A stretch of DNA of 64,000 nt. Source: Paraspadella gotoi (taxonomy: Eukaryota; Animalia; Chaetognatha). The stretch's first letter is position 1. Each line of letters begins with the position of its first letter. Positions 52,001-63,730 of the stretch are shown one piece after another. The stretch is from contig JBJCIZ010000028.1 in the NCBI GenBank assembly GCA_051294375.1, positions 744,437 to 808,436 on the forward strand. The letters run 5' to 3'. The notes below the pieces were generated by a model that saw only the letters and a list, made by a program, of their open reading frames with translations, was not told the origin of the DNA and made no database searches. Made by a program: the position numbers and the translations under genes.

Positions 52001-55000
52001 AAATGACAATGTGACGTAAACTAACGAATTTAACAATGTCCTACGTTCCCAACTTGGACCCCGGCCTCATCGCCACCGTCAAGGAAGAGTTGGCGAAGAA
52101 AGAGACTCAACAGCGGAAACACTATTGCCTCTTTCAACGAGCTAAAGACGATGGCCAAGGAGCTCCCCAACAAGTACGCCCAACGCCTCCCATACGACCT
52201 CCTCTCTTCGCTGGCCAATTCCCTCATCGACGGGACGGTATTCCAGATCGTGGAAGGCCTCGTCGAGATTCAGCAGATGAACCGAAAGGAATCTCTTCAA
52301 TCAACGGCTCAAGCTCATCAACACACATCGGCAGAGGTGTTGACGACGTTATGGTGGTCGAAGGGGAAAGAATGATTGATTGACCAGAATGAAATGAATG
52401 AATGATGAATTTATGAATGGTGGATTAAATGAATGAATGGTTGATGGATGAATGAATATGAATTATGTCATACCTATTACTCTTCCCTCTCTGACCAGAC
52501 GTCAAGCCCTCAAACAGCGACACAAGGACGAGATATCGTCGTCCGAAGCGCGCCGCCACCAAATCCCTCTGCTCCAGTCAACCCATCGAAAGGAAACGCA
52601 GGAGCTGGAGAAGGCCGTCGAGGAGGAGCTGAAGCGGCACGATATCGAAGTTGCTCCTGGAGATCGATCAGAAGGTGGCCGATCAACAGGTGCGATTTCG
52701 GGGGGGGGGATGAACGAGTTGGATTGCTGGAGTGTCGGACCGTTAGCTAATATGTGATATTTTTAATAAAATGGGACAACCTATGTGTAGAGTTCCGATA
52801 ACCGTTAATTTTTTTAGGAAATTCGCTTAAACCGTTAAAACTAACATTTTTAACGGTTAACCGTTAAGATCGGTTAATTTTAAATTTCAACTTTAAAATT
52901 TAAAATATTAAGATTTAAAACAAAAATAAAGTATTTAATGGTATTTTCTCTTTAACTCTGGCTCTTGAATGCGCTGATAAGACTTGAAAACAGAGTCGAA
53001 ACATGTCTATTTTTTATGTCAAATAAAATGTTGTAACAAACAAATATTTTTGCTAATCTCATAACACAACGAAACGAAAGGATACCCATCAAATTCTAAT
53101 TCTATATTTTGTTTTCTCTTTCTCTCTTTTGCTTTCTCTTTTTCTTTCTCTACTTCTTCTATTCCCATTATTTTTTTTAGTTGTTAGTTTGTTTGTTAGT
53201 TGTTAGTTTCTGTTGTTAGTCTTTCATAAACTATGACCAATGGTCATTTGACCATAAATATAAATATGAATTTTACTTTATTGATAGATTGGTTGATTTA
53301 TCGATTGATCAAAAATATTTATTGATTAATAATATATTTTTCAGTTTAGTTAAAAAGTATATCATCATTATTCTTTTTTATATGTCTTTTTTAAGATTCG
53401 TTCCTTCTATTATTAATTTTTTAAATTTTTTAAAATAATTTTTTTATTTTGTTTTTTATTCATTTTTTTTCATTCATTCGGTTTTTATTTCATTTGCTTC
53501 TTTGTTAATTTTAAAAAGGATAGAAAAAGATTATTTATTTTTAGCTAAATTGAATATATATTATTGCATGAAAGGGCAAAAAAAGGAAAAAGGTAAAAGC
53601 AAAGGGCGAAAAAATGAGAAAAAAGAAAGGGGGAAAGAAAAAGGGGAAAAGTGAGAAAGAAAAAGAAATGAAACAGGAGGAGATAAATAAAGGGGAAGAA
53701 AGAATAAGAGAGAGATGAGGATAGAAAAAAAAAGAGAAAATAACAAAGGAAAAAAAGCAGGGAAAATTTGAGAAGAGAGAGAGGGGTAAAAATATGGTGA
53801 GAAGGGGAGAGGAGGAATAGAGAGAACAGAAAAAAAAATAGTTTTTTTTTTTTTAATTTAAAGATTTCATACCAAAAAATGAAAAAAATCACATTTGAAA
53901 TTAACCGAATTTAACCGTTAAAATGAATATATTAACGGTTAAGTTAAAATTATTTTTAAACCGTTAATAACCGTTAACAGTTAACGGTTATCGGAACACT
54001 ACCTATGTGAAAAAATTATCCCTTAATTCAATAAGCTATCTTGCCCCTGACATTTGGACAGGCAATGGTGGGTTTAAGGCTCGATCCCTCTCACTAAATT
54101 ATAACATTGCAGGATTCTAAAATTTATCAATCAAGACACTCTAACAGTCTTAGTTAATTAACTCCCCTACGACCCGACTTCCCTGTCAATGAAGTGGTAT
54201 AATGTTCGTCTGTTTTTCATTGGCAGGTGACTCTCTCTAAAGCCGCCGTCCCCGGATTTATGTCAGCAACAACGCGCACGAAGTCCGGCTGCAGATGTAT
54301 CTCTTGGAGTTCGTGCAGCGTCTGGCCAAGATGGATTTGTCGCAGTGTTGATGGGGGGGGGTGTGGGGATGGGTTTGTTTATTCCTTCATTACTTATATT
54401 TTTTTTGTCATTGATCGTGAAATATACCGGCTATTATAATGGTTATTTATGACTTGGTTATTTATTAATTTTCTCTCGAGTCGACGCCGGGTTTGAATCG
54501 TTATTTTGGAGATAAAAATCGCTGATATCTGACTTCAAAGATGAGAGCGTAAATTCGCATCCTCCTCGTGTCGCTGATTTCGGAAAAAAAAGAATTGACC
54601 ATCTCCAGCAAATTTATCTCCGAAAATATATTTGCATTCCGCCTCAATTCTCGACGTTGTTTTCATACTTCATAGATCTAACCGCCCATTACGCAAAACT
54701 TTGCTATAGTCGAAAAGACAACGAAACCGCTTTTCGCCGAGAGCGAAGGAGACTTAAAAACTTACAACTATGGAACTGCGCCTGGGTTCGTCCCTCGTGC
54801 TCGTCACGTGGTTGACGAACTTCGTCTCGTCTCTCGCGTCCGACGTCCAAATCTGGGGAATCGAAGAATGTCGCGTCGTCGGATTCTCATCCGCTAATCT
54901 CCTCTGTTCCTCTTGCAAAGGTGGGGGGGCACTATGAAGCCATAGTAAGGTGGACAGCAGAAAATTTCATACAGCCTCGCTACCCACCTGTAACCACTAC

Positions 55001-56265
55001 ACTATGAAGCCATAGTAAGGTGGACAGCAGAAAATTTCATACAGCCTCGCTACCCACCTGTAACCACTACACTATGAAGCCATAGTAAGGTGGACAGCAG
55101 AAAAATTTCATACAGCCTCGCTACCCACCTGTTAACCACTACACTATGAAGCCATAGTAAGGTGGACAGCAGAATTCCGCGCTATTTCTAATGCATTAAG
55201 CCACCAACCCACCCACCTCCAATAATTTGTTTTGATTTTATCTATTAGCAAAAGCTTTATCCTTGGAACTTGTTTGATTGAAAAGTAATTGCAGTATACC
55301 ACTTCATTTTGCTTTGAAAGTATCTTCAATTCTATTATGGTTTTAATGTTAGAATGCATATCTAATTAATATTTCATCTCTATAATATGTAAAATTTTTT
55401 TGTATTTTTCATTTCTTAAAATATAATACTACAATATGCAAATTAGAGTTATAAATACTCAAAGGTTTTTTAAATAATGCAAAATACAGTCAGAGAAAAA
55501 AATTTTATTTACAAACGTTAAAAATTATTAAGAAAGGATAATTACAAAAAAATTAGACATGAGACTGAGAATAGGCAGGGATTTTTTAATATTAACGGTT
55601 TAACTAAAAAAGTATAATGTATTTCTCTCGATTCGTTGTTGTTGGTAAGTTTTAGTTACAACGTTTTTTATTATTTAAAAAACAACGGTTAAATTTAAAC
55701 AAAAATAACGGATATGTTTCGTCTCTGATGAGAGCCTTCTTCAGCGCGAAAAATATTGTTTTTCTATAAATAGTTTTTCACAGATTTGAAGAGAGAGACA
55801 GAGAGAGAGAAAGAGAGAGAGGGACAGAGATAAAAGTTTTCAACAAAGAATTTATTTCACTAAAATCTTTACTTATCTATCCCTCTGAATTAAACTCTTA
55901 TATTTCAAATTTCATTCATTTCAATTTTTCAAATTTTCAAAATGAATTTATTGCAATTGAAGAGACAGTAATTATTGATAAGTGTTAATGACAGACCCGT
56001 TCAATATAAGCAGTCCCTGAGCTTCGGATCAGGCTGTAACACCATGTTACAGGCGGATTAAGCGCCCCGTCCCTCTTAACTGCCAGACGACCACCGGGCT
56101 AGAACCCGGACCTTTGGGTTGGGAGGCGAATGACTTGCCTACGGCACCAATGGCCGCTGATGAACGGTTGGAGGTTTTTAGTCCACTATACAATTTTGTT
56201 ATTAGACATACAAATGAAGTTTGTTTAATTTTATCATTGTTGTACATTGCTCAAATGTAATTGTT

Positions 56266-56308
<43 letters not shown>

Positions 56309-57909
56309 TTCACCAAATTTCATTTCTTTTCACCACTTATTCTATCTAGCCTCAACTAAATCTGTCCTCTAAACTGACCACTAATCTCTCTCATTCTTTG
56401 TTGGAAACTTTACCTTTCTATCTCTCTCTCTCTCTTTCTCTCTCTCTTCTCTCTCTCTCTCTGTACGATCTCTTGCGTGATTAGTTTGTATCTTTGGAAC
56501 TAATTTTTTGCTGTTTTTGGTGACTTCCGGTTTGTAAAAAAGTTTTCAAACATAATAAGCACCTAAAACTATTTTTATAATATATTAACTAACTTGCAAT
56601 GCAATATTCTAGTCAGGAATGAACTAATTATATTAAAAAATTAAATTTAAATAGAACTTGTTCAAAAAATCTACGAATATTTGTGAATTTTGACGCTCGT
56701 GGCACTTTGGCGCTCCTGGGGAGGGCCAAGAATTTTAAAAAGTCTAACAAAAGTCATATATTCAGATAGAACGGAAAAAAAGGAAAAGAATGGCGTTTTC
56801 CTGAGATTTCTATCTTAAAAAGAATCGGATTTAAATGTGTCTAATGTTCATTTGTATAATGTTGTTCGTTTCTCACTTTTAGAATTTTAATTAAAGTTAA
56901 ATTTAGAATTTTTGGGATTTCAGATTCGATCGTTTGGTTTCATGTTGTAAAGGAAGAATGGGGTTCACCTTGGGGGGGGGACGTCAGTCACGAAAAAATC
57001 GCGTAGTTTTTTCTTATTACGAATTGGCGTTGTTTCTGATAGAATGATTGTCCATTCATCTATTCACACTTTTGTTCTTTTACGTTGCATCCATCCATTC
57101 CTTCCTTCCTTCCTTCCTTCCTTCCTTCCTTCCTTCCTTCCAGGCGGTTGTCAAGCCTCTCTCCGTGAAAAGGACTACGATACCTTTCTCCTCGTTCGCT
57201 ACGAGCGACGGAAGTTGACGATCAAACACGACGTGGACAACGCGAGGACGTGGCGAAAGTGCGCCGAGTTCGACGGCGTTCGCCTGCCGAGGTATCCTTA
57301 TTTTTATTTTTTCGTTAATCTAATTTGCATGATGCAGCAATTAATTCGAATGCGTACATTTTTTTAACGATGGATTTTCATTCGTGAAAACTTTTGCTGA
57401 AAAGCAGAAGGGTCATGAGGTTTATGGGAGACACCGTTCCGTGCAGATTCTATGTCATCGCGAATGGTGTATGTTCGGTTTAGTAATGAGTGAAATATCA
57501 TGGGTTAACGACGAAAGAGACTTCCTTTTGGCATATACCGTATGTCCGGTTTAAAGAAAAAAAAAATTGGTGCATTGCGCGTCATTTCTTTTTCATCGTT
57601 TCCCCCCCTTCCAGCGGTTTCTTCTTCGGCGTGAGCGCCGCCACGGGCGACCTGACGGACAACCACGACGTCATCTCCCTCAAAGTCTACGAGATCGAGT
57701 CTCCCGGCGACGACGACAAGGAAGTCCTCGATCGAACCGTCGGCGTCGACGCTCCCGCCGCAGCCGCAGCCGCAGCCCACGACGACGACCGGCCGCGCAG
57801 CGAGGGCGGGATCGTCAAGTGGATCCTCCTCGCCTTCGTCGTCGTCCTCGTCGCCGCCGTCCTCGTCTATTATCACAACGAGAGACGAGGATCGAAGAGG
57901 TTTTATTGA
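45774..57909 (+). CDS. LMAN2: VIP36/LMAN2-like L-type lectin (5 exons; last two present twice)
   Basis: Signal peptide, REHSLAKPY, NWEVHLHF, ADGLAFWY, GLGVFVDTFAN, FFGVSAATGDLTDNHDVISLK, TM helix, KRFY tail. Exons 45774-46027, 46930-47084, 47157-47288, then 57144-57291 and 57615-57909 (intact) or 50633-50780 and 51105-51402 (indels). Confidence 0.9.
46213..46436 (+). mobile_element. tRNA(Gly-like)-derived SINE with (GAT)n tail
   Basis: GCA..TGGCGCCGGAGG..CTCCCAA..GGTTCGCGCCC..TGCA head (46217-46288), unique body, gatgatgatgatgatg tail. Confidence 0.7.
46590..46812 (-). mobile_element. tRNA-derived SINE (family 2)
   Basis: Minus-strand GGTTCGATCCC B box (~46757-46768); body aligns by eye with 49449-49650 and 49930-50130. 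Confidence 0.7.
47339..50373. mobile_element. Degenerate foldback element with nested insertions in LMAN2 intron 3
   Basis: 47345-47560 is an imperfect reverse complement of 50190-50370; possible TSD aaagttac/aaagttaa; 47510-47690 resembles the core of the 9580 element; nested palindrome 48358-48728; spans an N gap. Confidence 0.55.
49449..50187 (-). repeat. ~480-bp tandem unit (1.5 copies): family-2 SINE plus GC-rich spacer
   Basis: ttatagcaacgg(g)aggatagc restarts at 49930; copies differ by many indels. Confidence 0.75.
52036..54351 (+). CDS. DGCR6: DGCR6-like, copy 1 with several 1-nt frameshifts (probably read errors)
   Basis: Same exons as 58545-59628 with indels near 52133, 52280, 52645 and 54258. 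Confidence 0.7.
52788..54001. mobile_element. Non-autonomous hAT-type element, polymorphic
   Basis: TIR tagagttccgataaccgttaa / ttaacggttatcggaacacta; TSD cctatgtg (52780-52787, 54002-54009); subterminal AACCGTTAA repeats; empty site with one cctatgtg at 59279-59286. Confidence 0.95.
52974..53007 (+). ncRNA. Penelope-type minimal hammerhead remnant
   Basis: CTGATAA-GACT..AGTC-GAAAC-AT-GTC with palindromic ACATGT, AATAAA 15 nt later; core deviates from CUGAnGA. Confidence 0.6.
54931..55173. repeat. 70-bp tandem repeat (3.4 copies)
   Basis: actatgaagccatagtaaggtggacagcag...taaccactac repeated head to tail, no spacers. Confidence 0.95.
55711..55744 (-). ncRNA. Penelope-type minimal hammerhead remnant
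   Basis: Minus strand CTGAAGA-AGGCTCTCATCAGAGAC-GAAAC-AT-ATC; stem II and III each carry a mismatch. Confidence 0.5.
56010..56172 (-). mobile_element. tRNA-derived SINE (family 1), longer copy
   Basis: Shares gcagtccctgagcttcggatcagg and gaacccggacctttgggttgggaggc with 36657 and 40401 copies. Confidence 0.8.
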
Positions 57910-58043
57910 CGCGCCACGCCCATCTCGAATTGACGCGCCACGCCCCCATCTCGTATTTCTTTCCGCCACGCGTGGCCTTTTTTTTTTTTTTGCTCAAAAA
58001 TATCGTCGCTTCGTCTCGCGTCTCAACGTGATATCGTTTATTC

Positions 58044-58057
58044 GTCGCCATGGAAAC
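58044..58057. promoter_or_regulatory. RFX X-box-like motif upstream of DGCR6
   Basis: GTCGCCATGGAAAC; duplicate at 51536-51549. Confidence 0.45.
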
Positions 58058-58544
58058 GTCCGCGCGCGCGCCATCGAACGGAGGGAAAACTCAAATCGCG
58101 GTGATCAACTCGTTTCTTTCCTGATTTAATCGTCAGCGCATCCGCCTTTTTTTTTGTCGTAGTTCGTGTCGCGCATTTAATTTTTTTTTTCATTTAAATC
58201 GAATCCATCGCATTAAATTTTTTTTTAATCTTGATCTTTACACAAAATTCTAGTAGTTTATTGAAATTGGAGACCGGATCTGAATTAGCCAGTAGTCGGA
58301 ATATGTATTTGTTTTCTCGTTATATACAACCAAAGGCTGTATTTTTCATTAGGGCAACCAACGCGTCAGAGAGGGGGGTAAGTCTTTTTCCCTTTTTTAG
58401 GAAAGATCTGTACCTCCCGTTATCTTCCACATCTCCCTTCCACTTGAAACCTCGTTTTCTCAAGTCAATTGTACAACGAATTTAAGTCGTTAATTTTTTG
58501 TTTTCATAGAAATGACAATGTGACGTAAACTAACGAATTTAACA

Positions 58545-59628
58545 ATGTCCTACGTTCCCAACTTGGACCCCGGCCTCATCGCCACCGTCAAGGAAGAGTT
58601 GGCGAAGAAAGAGACTCAACAGCGGAAACACTATTGCCTCTTCAACGAGCTAAAGACGATGGCCAAGGAGCTCCCCAACAAGTACGCCCAACGCCTCCCA
58701 TACGACCTCCTCTCTTCGCTGGCCAATTCCCTCATCGACGGGACGGTATTCCAGATCGTGGAAGGCCTCGTCGAGATTCAGCAGATGACCGAAAGGAATC
58801 TCTTCAATCAACGGCTCAAGCTCATCAACACGCATCGGCAGAGGTGTTGACGACGGTTATGGTGGTCGAAGGGGGAAAGAATGATTGATTGNNNNNNNNN
58901 NNNNNNNNNNNNNNAATGGTGGGATTAAATGAATGAATGGTTGATGGAATGAATAAATGAATTATGTCATACCTATTACTCTTCCCCTCTCTGACCAGAC
59001 GTCAAGCCCTCAAACAGCGACACAAGGACGAGATATCGTCGTCCGAAGCGCGGCCCCACCAAATCCCTCTGCTCCAGTCAACCCATCGAAAGGAAACGCA
59101 GGAGCTGGAGAAGGCCGTCGAGGAGGAGCTGAAGCGGCACGATATGAAGTTGCTCCTGGAGATCGATCAGAAGGTGGCCGATCAACAGGTGCGATTTCGG
59201 GGGGGGGGGATGAACGAGTTGGATTGCTGGATGTCGGACCGTTAGCTAATATGTGATATTTTAATAAAATTGGGACAACCTATGTGAAAAATTATCCCTT
59301 AATTCAATAAGCTATCTTGCCCCTGACATTGGACAGGCAATGGTGGGTTTAAGGCCTCGATCCCTCTCACTAAATTATAACATTGCAGGATTCTAAAATT
59401 TATCAATCAAGACACTCTAACAGTCTTAGTTAATTAACTCCCCTACGACCCGACTTCCCTGTCAATGAAGTGGTATAATGTTCGTCTGTTTTTCATTGGC
59501 AGGTGACTCTCTCTAAAGCCGCCGTCCCCGGATTTTATGTCAGCAACAACGCGCACGAAGTCCGGCTGCAGATGTATCTCTTGGAGTTCGTGCAGCGTCT
59601 GGCCAAGATGGATTTGTCGCAGTGTTGA
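58545..59628 (+). CDS. DGCR6: DGCR6 / gonadal (gdl) family protein, 3 coding exons
   Basis: QQRKHY..ELP..QRLPYDLLSSLANSLIDGTVFQIVEGLVEIQQMTERNL, DQKVADQQVTLSKAAVPGFYV..LQMYLLEFV. Exons 58545-58843, 58999-59188, 59503-59628; likely 5' UTR intron 58378-58509. Confidence 0.92.
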
Positions 59629-60049
59629 TGGCGAGGGGAGGTGGGGATGGGTTTGTTTATTCCTTCATTACTTATATTTTTTTTGGTCATTGATCGTGAA
59701 ATATACGGGCTATTATAATGTTTATTTATGACTTGGTTATTTATTAATTGTCTCTCGAGTCGACGCCGGGTTTGAATCGTTATTTTGGAGATAAAAATCG
59801 CTGATATCTGACTTCAAAGATGAGAGCGTAAAATTCGCATCCTCCTCGTGTCGCTGATTTCGGAAAAAAAAGAATTGACCATCTCCAGCAAATTTATCTC
59901 CGAAAATACATTTGCATTCCGCCTCAATTCTCGACGTTGTTTTCATACTTCATAGATCTAACCGCCCATTACGCAAAACTTTGCTATAGTCGAAAAGACA
60001 ACGAAACCACTTTTCGCCGAGAGCGAAGGAGACTTAAAAACTTAAAACT

Positions 60050-61377
60050 ATGGAACTGCGCCTGGGTTCGTCCCTCGTGCTCGTCACGTGGTTGACGAAC
60101 TTCGTCTCGTCTCTCGCGTCCGACGTCCAAATCTGGGGAATCGAAGAATGTCGCGTCGTCGGATTCTCATCCGCTAATCTCCTCTGTTCCTCTTGCAAAG
60201 GTGGGGGGGGTTTCGTGGTTCATCGAGACGGATGTTCTGTTGGTCAGGCTGTCTCTTTTATGATAATTAAATATAGGTATAAAAGTAATTGAAAATTGTT
60301 TTTCATCAATTTTTTTTTCCATAAAAGTTCAATAATTGACCTCGGTTTTAGACTTAACAAAACCCCAAAAAACGCACTATTTAGTATTTTGACTTGTATC
60401 CCCTTTTCCTCCCCTCAGACTTGTCCCAATTCGGCCTCACCGCCTTGGAACCAACCTGCGGCAAATGCTGTCAAGACGATACGGGCGGCAACGTCGCCGC
60501 CAAGAAATACTCGGGCGCCATCCTCGAGTTGTGCGGATGAAAATTACCGCGCTGGCCGCAGCTGCAGGTATCGGTGCAGTTTGGTGGATTCTGATCTTAA
60601 ATCTAATTTGCATATAGCCGGAAACTGTAATAAATTTTTTTTTTTTGTAGACCTTTAGATAATCATATAATTACGATTATAAAAAAAAGTATCTTTAAGA
60701 AATATCCTCTAGTATTATTCTAAAAGAAAATGGTGGCGTTTTCGCCAATAAAGAAAATGAAGCTGTGGATTATATGGATGATTATCGCGGTTTATCCACA
60801 TTAAAAAAAAGGCAAGTTCGTGGGGCAGTCATTTTGTTTCTTCAATCCTTAAGCATTATGATTTAACAAGAGTGTATTTTTACTGAGTTGGTCATCAAAA
60901 TTACAAGGGTTAAAATAAAAAGGACTCGGTTTTAGTTTTAAAAAAATCTGAGATGTGTGCATCTTTCGTTTTGTTGAATTTTGATAGTTTAGTTTTTTCT
61001 TGTTTACCGTTTTATAATCTTTTACGCTGTTACTGTTTCTGATTTTGTCAATACTGTTTTTGGTATTAATAAAAAAAAATATCTGAGATGTCTCCGGCCT
61101 CTTTGTCAATTTATTATACATCTAAAGATTTAATTTATTGCATATGGGTGACCCTTTATTTGACCCCTACATCCTCCGTCCCCAACAGGCCTTCATCAAG
61201 GAAGGAAAGGCTTCCTCCTTCCCCTCCTTGGAGGTCCGGTATCTCCGCGGCGCGGAACCCATCCTCAAGCTGCTCGACGACGACGGCCAAGTCGAGGAGG
61301 AGATCGCCATCGAAAAGTGGAACACGGATTCCGTGGAGGAATTCCTCGGCGCCATCTTGCACATGGCCGAGGGTTAG
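60050..61377 (+). CDS. SELENOF: Selenoprotein F (Sep15) with in-frame UGA at 60538-60540
   Basis: Signal peptide, ECRVVGFSSANLLCSSC, CCQ, AILELCG-U-KLPRWPQLQAFI, YLRGAEPILKLLD, IEKWNTDSVEEFL. Exons 60050-60200, 60419-60567, 61189-61377. Confidence 0.95.
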
Positions 61378-61489
61378 AAGAACCTTTGGCCAATCTCTGC
61401 CAATCTCTGGCTGACTTTTATAGGAGGATATTTATTATTTAGTCCCATCGCCGCTTCTCTCTATATCCGGCCATTCCCGATTTTTTTCT

Positions 61490-61575
61490 CGGCTCTGCTC
61501 ATGACGAACGGTTTCTCAAAATTCCGGCGCGTCGCGCCGAAGGGAGTCGTTTCCGATGTTACATATTTCTGATTT
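61490..61575 (+). promoter_or_regulatory. Type II SECIS element
   Basis: ATGAC (61501), helix gaacggtttctc / gggagtcgtttc, unpaired AAAA, apical mini-stem cggcgc-gtc-gcgccg, closing CGAT. Confidence 0.88.
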
Positions 61576-62237
61576 CGGGAAAAGGGAGAGGTCGAGAGAG
61601 AGAGAGAGTGTGCTGTTTTATTAGGGGTGATGTCGATTTATGTTATTTTACTTAATTCAATCAGGGTTCGGGTTGAAAATCTCGTTTGATCTTCCGTCCG
61701 GAACTTTTTCCGTCTTAACACTCCTACTTTCTTCGTCACTTTTATGAAGAACGGTTCCGAAAATCCGGCAAATTTCCGGCAGGTTCCGCTTCGGATGCTT
61801 TTACCGGTGCCGATAGAAACGGGGGTTGTGTGAGGCAGGGAAAGGCTTGGTCGGAAACATTAGGGGTCCGGGTTAAGTAGTTACAGAAGATTGTTTTTAA
61901 GATAGAGAAACGCGACTGATGATTTATTCGTACAGAATGCATTCCTGTGATTTTTTGCGCACATAATTGGGCAAAAAATACCGAATTTATAGTCTTTCTT
62001 CATTTTGTTTTTGTATACCCTTTTTACTTTAGTCTACCTCAAAACAGTTTTTTGCGAGGATGAAGTGTAGGATTAGATTAAAAAACCAAAAAACAATCGT
62101 CAGAGCGCAAATTTAAACAAATATACACGCAAAGAAAATCTGCTACATATAAACAAAACACAAAACCAAAAAAAAATCAATAAAAAAAACAAAAAAAACA
62201 AAAACAAAAAAACAAAACAAAAAAAACAAGAGACAGG

Positions 62238-63730
62238 ATGAGTTGTTCCATGACGGATAACTCTTTCTCTCCGGCGACGCGAGCGGTCGTCGACCTCGTG
62301 GCGGGTTCCCTCGGCGGCGTCGCCAACGTCTACGTGGGTCAACCGCTCGACACCATCAAAGTCAAGCTGCAGACTTTTCCGCAAATGTACACCGGCGCCG
62401 TCCAGTGCGGCCTCAAGACCTTTAGATCCGAGGGTGAGAGATTTGTGATGGGCGAATCGGGTGATTTTTCACTTTTACCATTTAGTTACAGTTAGCTTCA
62501 CTTAAATTGTTATTTTTACACTTTTTATGGCGACTTACGATTTATTACTTTTATTACATTTATTGTATACGAAAGGCCCAAGAATTTCATTCAATTCCAT
62601 TCATTCCATTACATCCTCTTCACTCTTCCTCCATCATTAGGCCTTCGCGGCCTCTACGCCGGCACCGTCCCGTCCCTCGCCGCCAACGTCGCCGAGAACG
62701 CCGTCCTATTCCTCGCCTACGGCGCCGCTCAAGATTTGGTCGCCGGCGCCTTGAGTCGGAACCGCAAAGATCTCAACACTTTTCAGAATGCCTGCGCGGG
62801 GAGTCTGGCGTCCATCGCTTCCGGTAAAGACGGCGAGATTCTCTTATTAAGTTTATTCAATCTTATTATTTCATTTCTTATTCATTCGTTATTTCTTCTT
62901 GTCGCATCGCGAATCGGACGTTGGACGACCGATGTTTTATTTCCGTCTGATATCCGTTGACATAGGGTTCCTTACTCATTGTTAATCGCATCTCAATTGT
63001 GCCGTAAACTTTTCGTTAAATACAAAGTTAATCTTTAGAAGGGTCATCAACGCAAAACGACTCGTCTGAAAGCTTTTATATGCAAGCGCCTACTATGTAT
63101 GTTTAATATTTAGTTTTTTTAAATTAATAGATTAAATCGACTGCGTTTCGTACTATCATTACCTTTTCTTTTAATCTCGCGTCCTCCTCTCCATCTCCAA
63201 GCGACGGTCCTGACCCCGATCGAGATGATCAAGTGCCGCATGCAGGCCATGCAGGAAGTGGCCGCGGCGGAGGGTCGTACTCACCACCGAGTCGGTCCCT
63301 TCTCGATCGCGGCGGGCATCGTCCGCAAGGAGGGCGTCGCCGCGCCCTTCAAGGGTCTCTCCGCCGCCATCGTCAGGGAGATGATCGGCTACTTCTTCTT
63401 CTTCGGCGCCTACGAGATGATTCGGGAGAGCTTCGTCCGTCCGGGGATGACCAAGGACGATATCGGTTAGTTTCGTTATGTAGATTCTATCAGTTGTAGT
63501 AATAATTAATAAATAATAACTATAATAAATTATTTCTCCCCATTATTCGGTAGTAGCTTGGCATTAAATGTTAATATTATTATTTTATTATGCCAATTGT
63601 TATCCATAGCACGTTTTTCCTCCTATTAACTCTTTAGGCGCTTTGAAGACCATCATCGCTGGAGGCGTCGGCGGCGTCGCCCTTTGGATTCCCGCCTACC
63701 CCATGGATTTGGCCAAATCCCGTATTCAGG
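62238..63730 (+). CDS. SLC25A15: Mitochondrial ornithine carrier-like SLC25 protein (3' truncated by window)
   Basis: DLVAGSLGGVANVYVGQPLDTIKVKLQTFP, GTVPSLAANVAENAVLF, PIEMIKCRMQ, REMIGYFFFFGAYE, YPMDLAKSRIQ: three Px[DE]xxK motifs. Start may be 62250. Confidence 0.88.

Larger units (their letters stand above)
50325..54929 (+). repeat. Duplicated block, copy 1 (LMAN2 exons 4-5, DGCR6, SELENOF exon 1)
   Basis: Near-identical to 56843-60210 apart from small indels and the 52788-54001 insertion. Confidence 0.95.

Noticed and set aside
52036-54351. Programmed frameshifting or true pseudogenisation in DGCR6/PTBP first copies
   Set aside because: Scattered 1-nt indels in exons and introns with few substitutions fit long-read error.
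54931-55173. CRISPR-like array
   Set aside because: Units are identical head-to-tail 70-mers with no unique spacers; eukaryotic context with no cas genes.
57906-57953. 23-bp tandem duplication just after the LMAN2 stop
   Set aside because: Only two copies, differing between haplotype copies; likely local slippage with no evidence of function.
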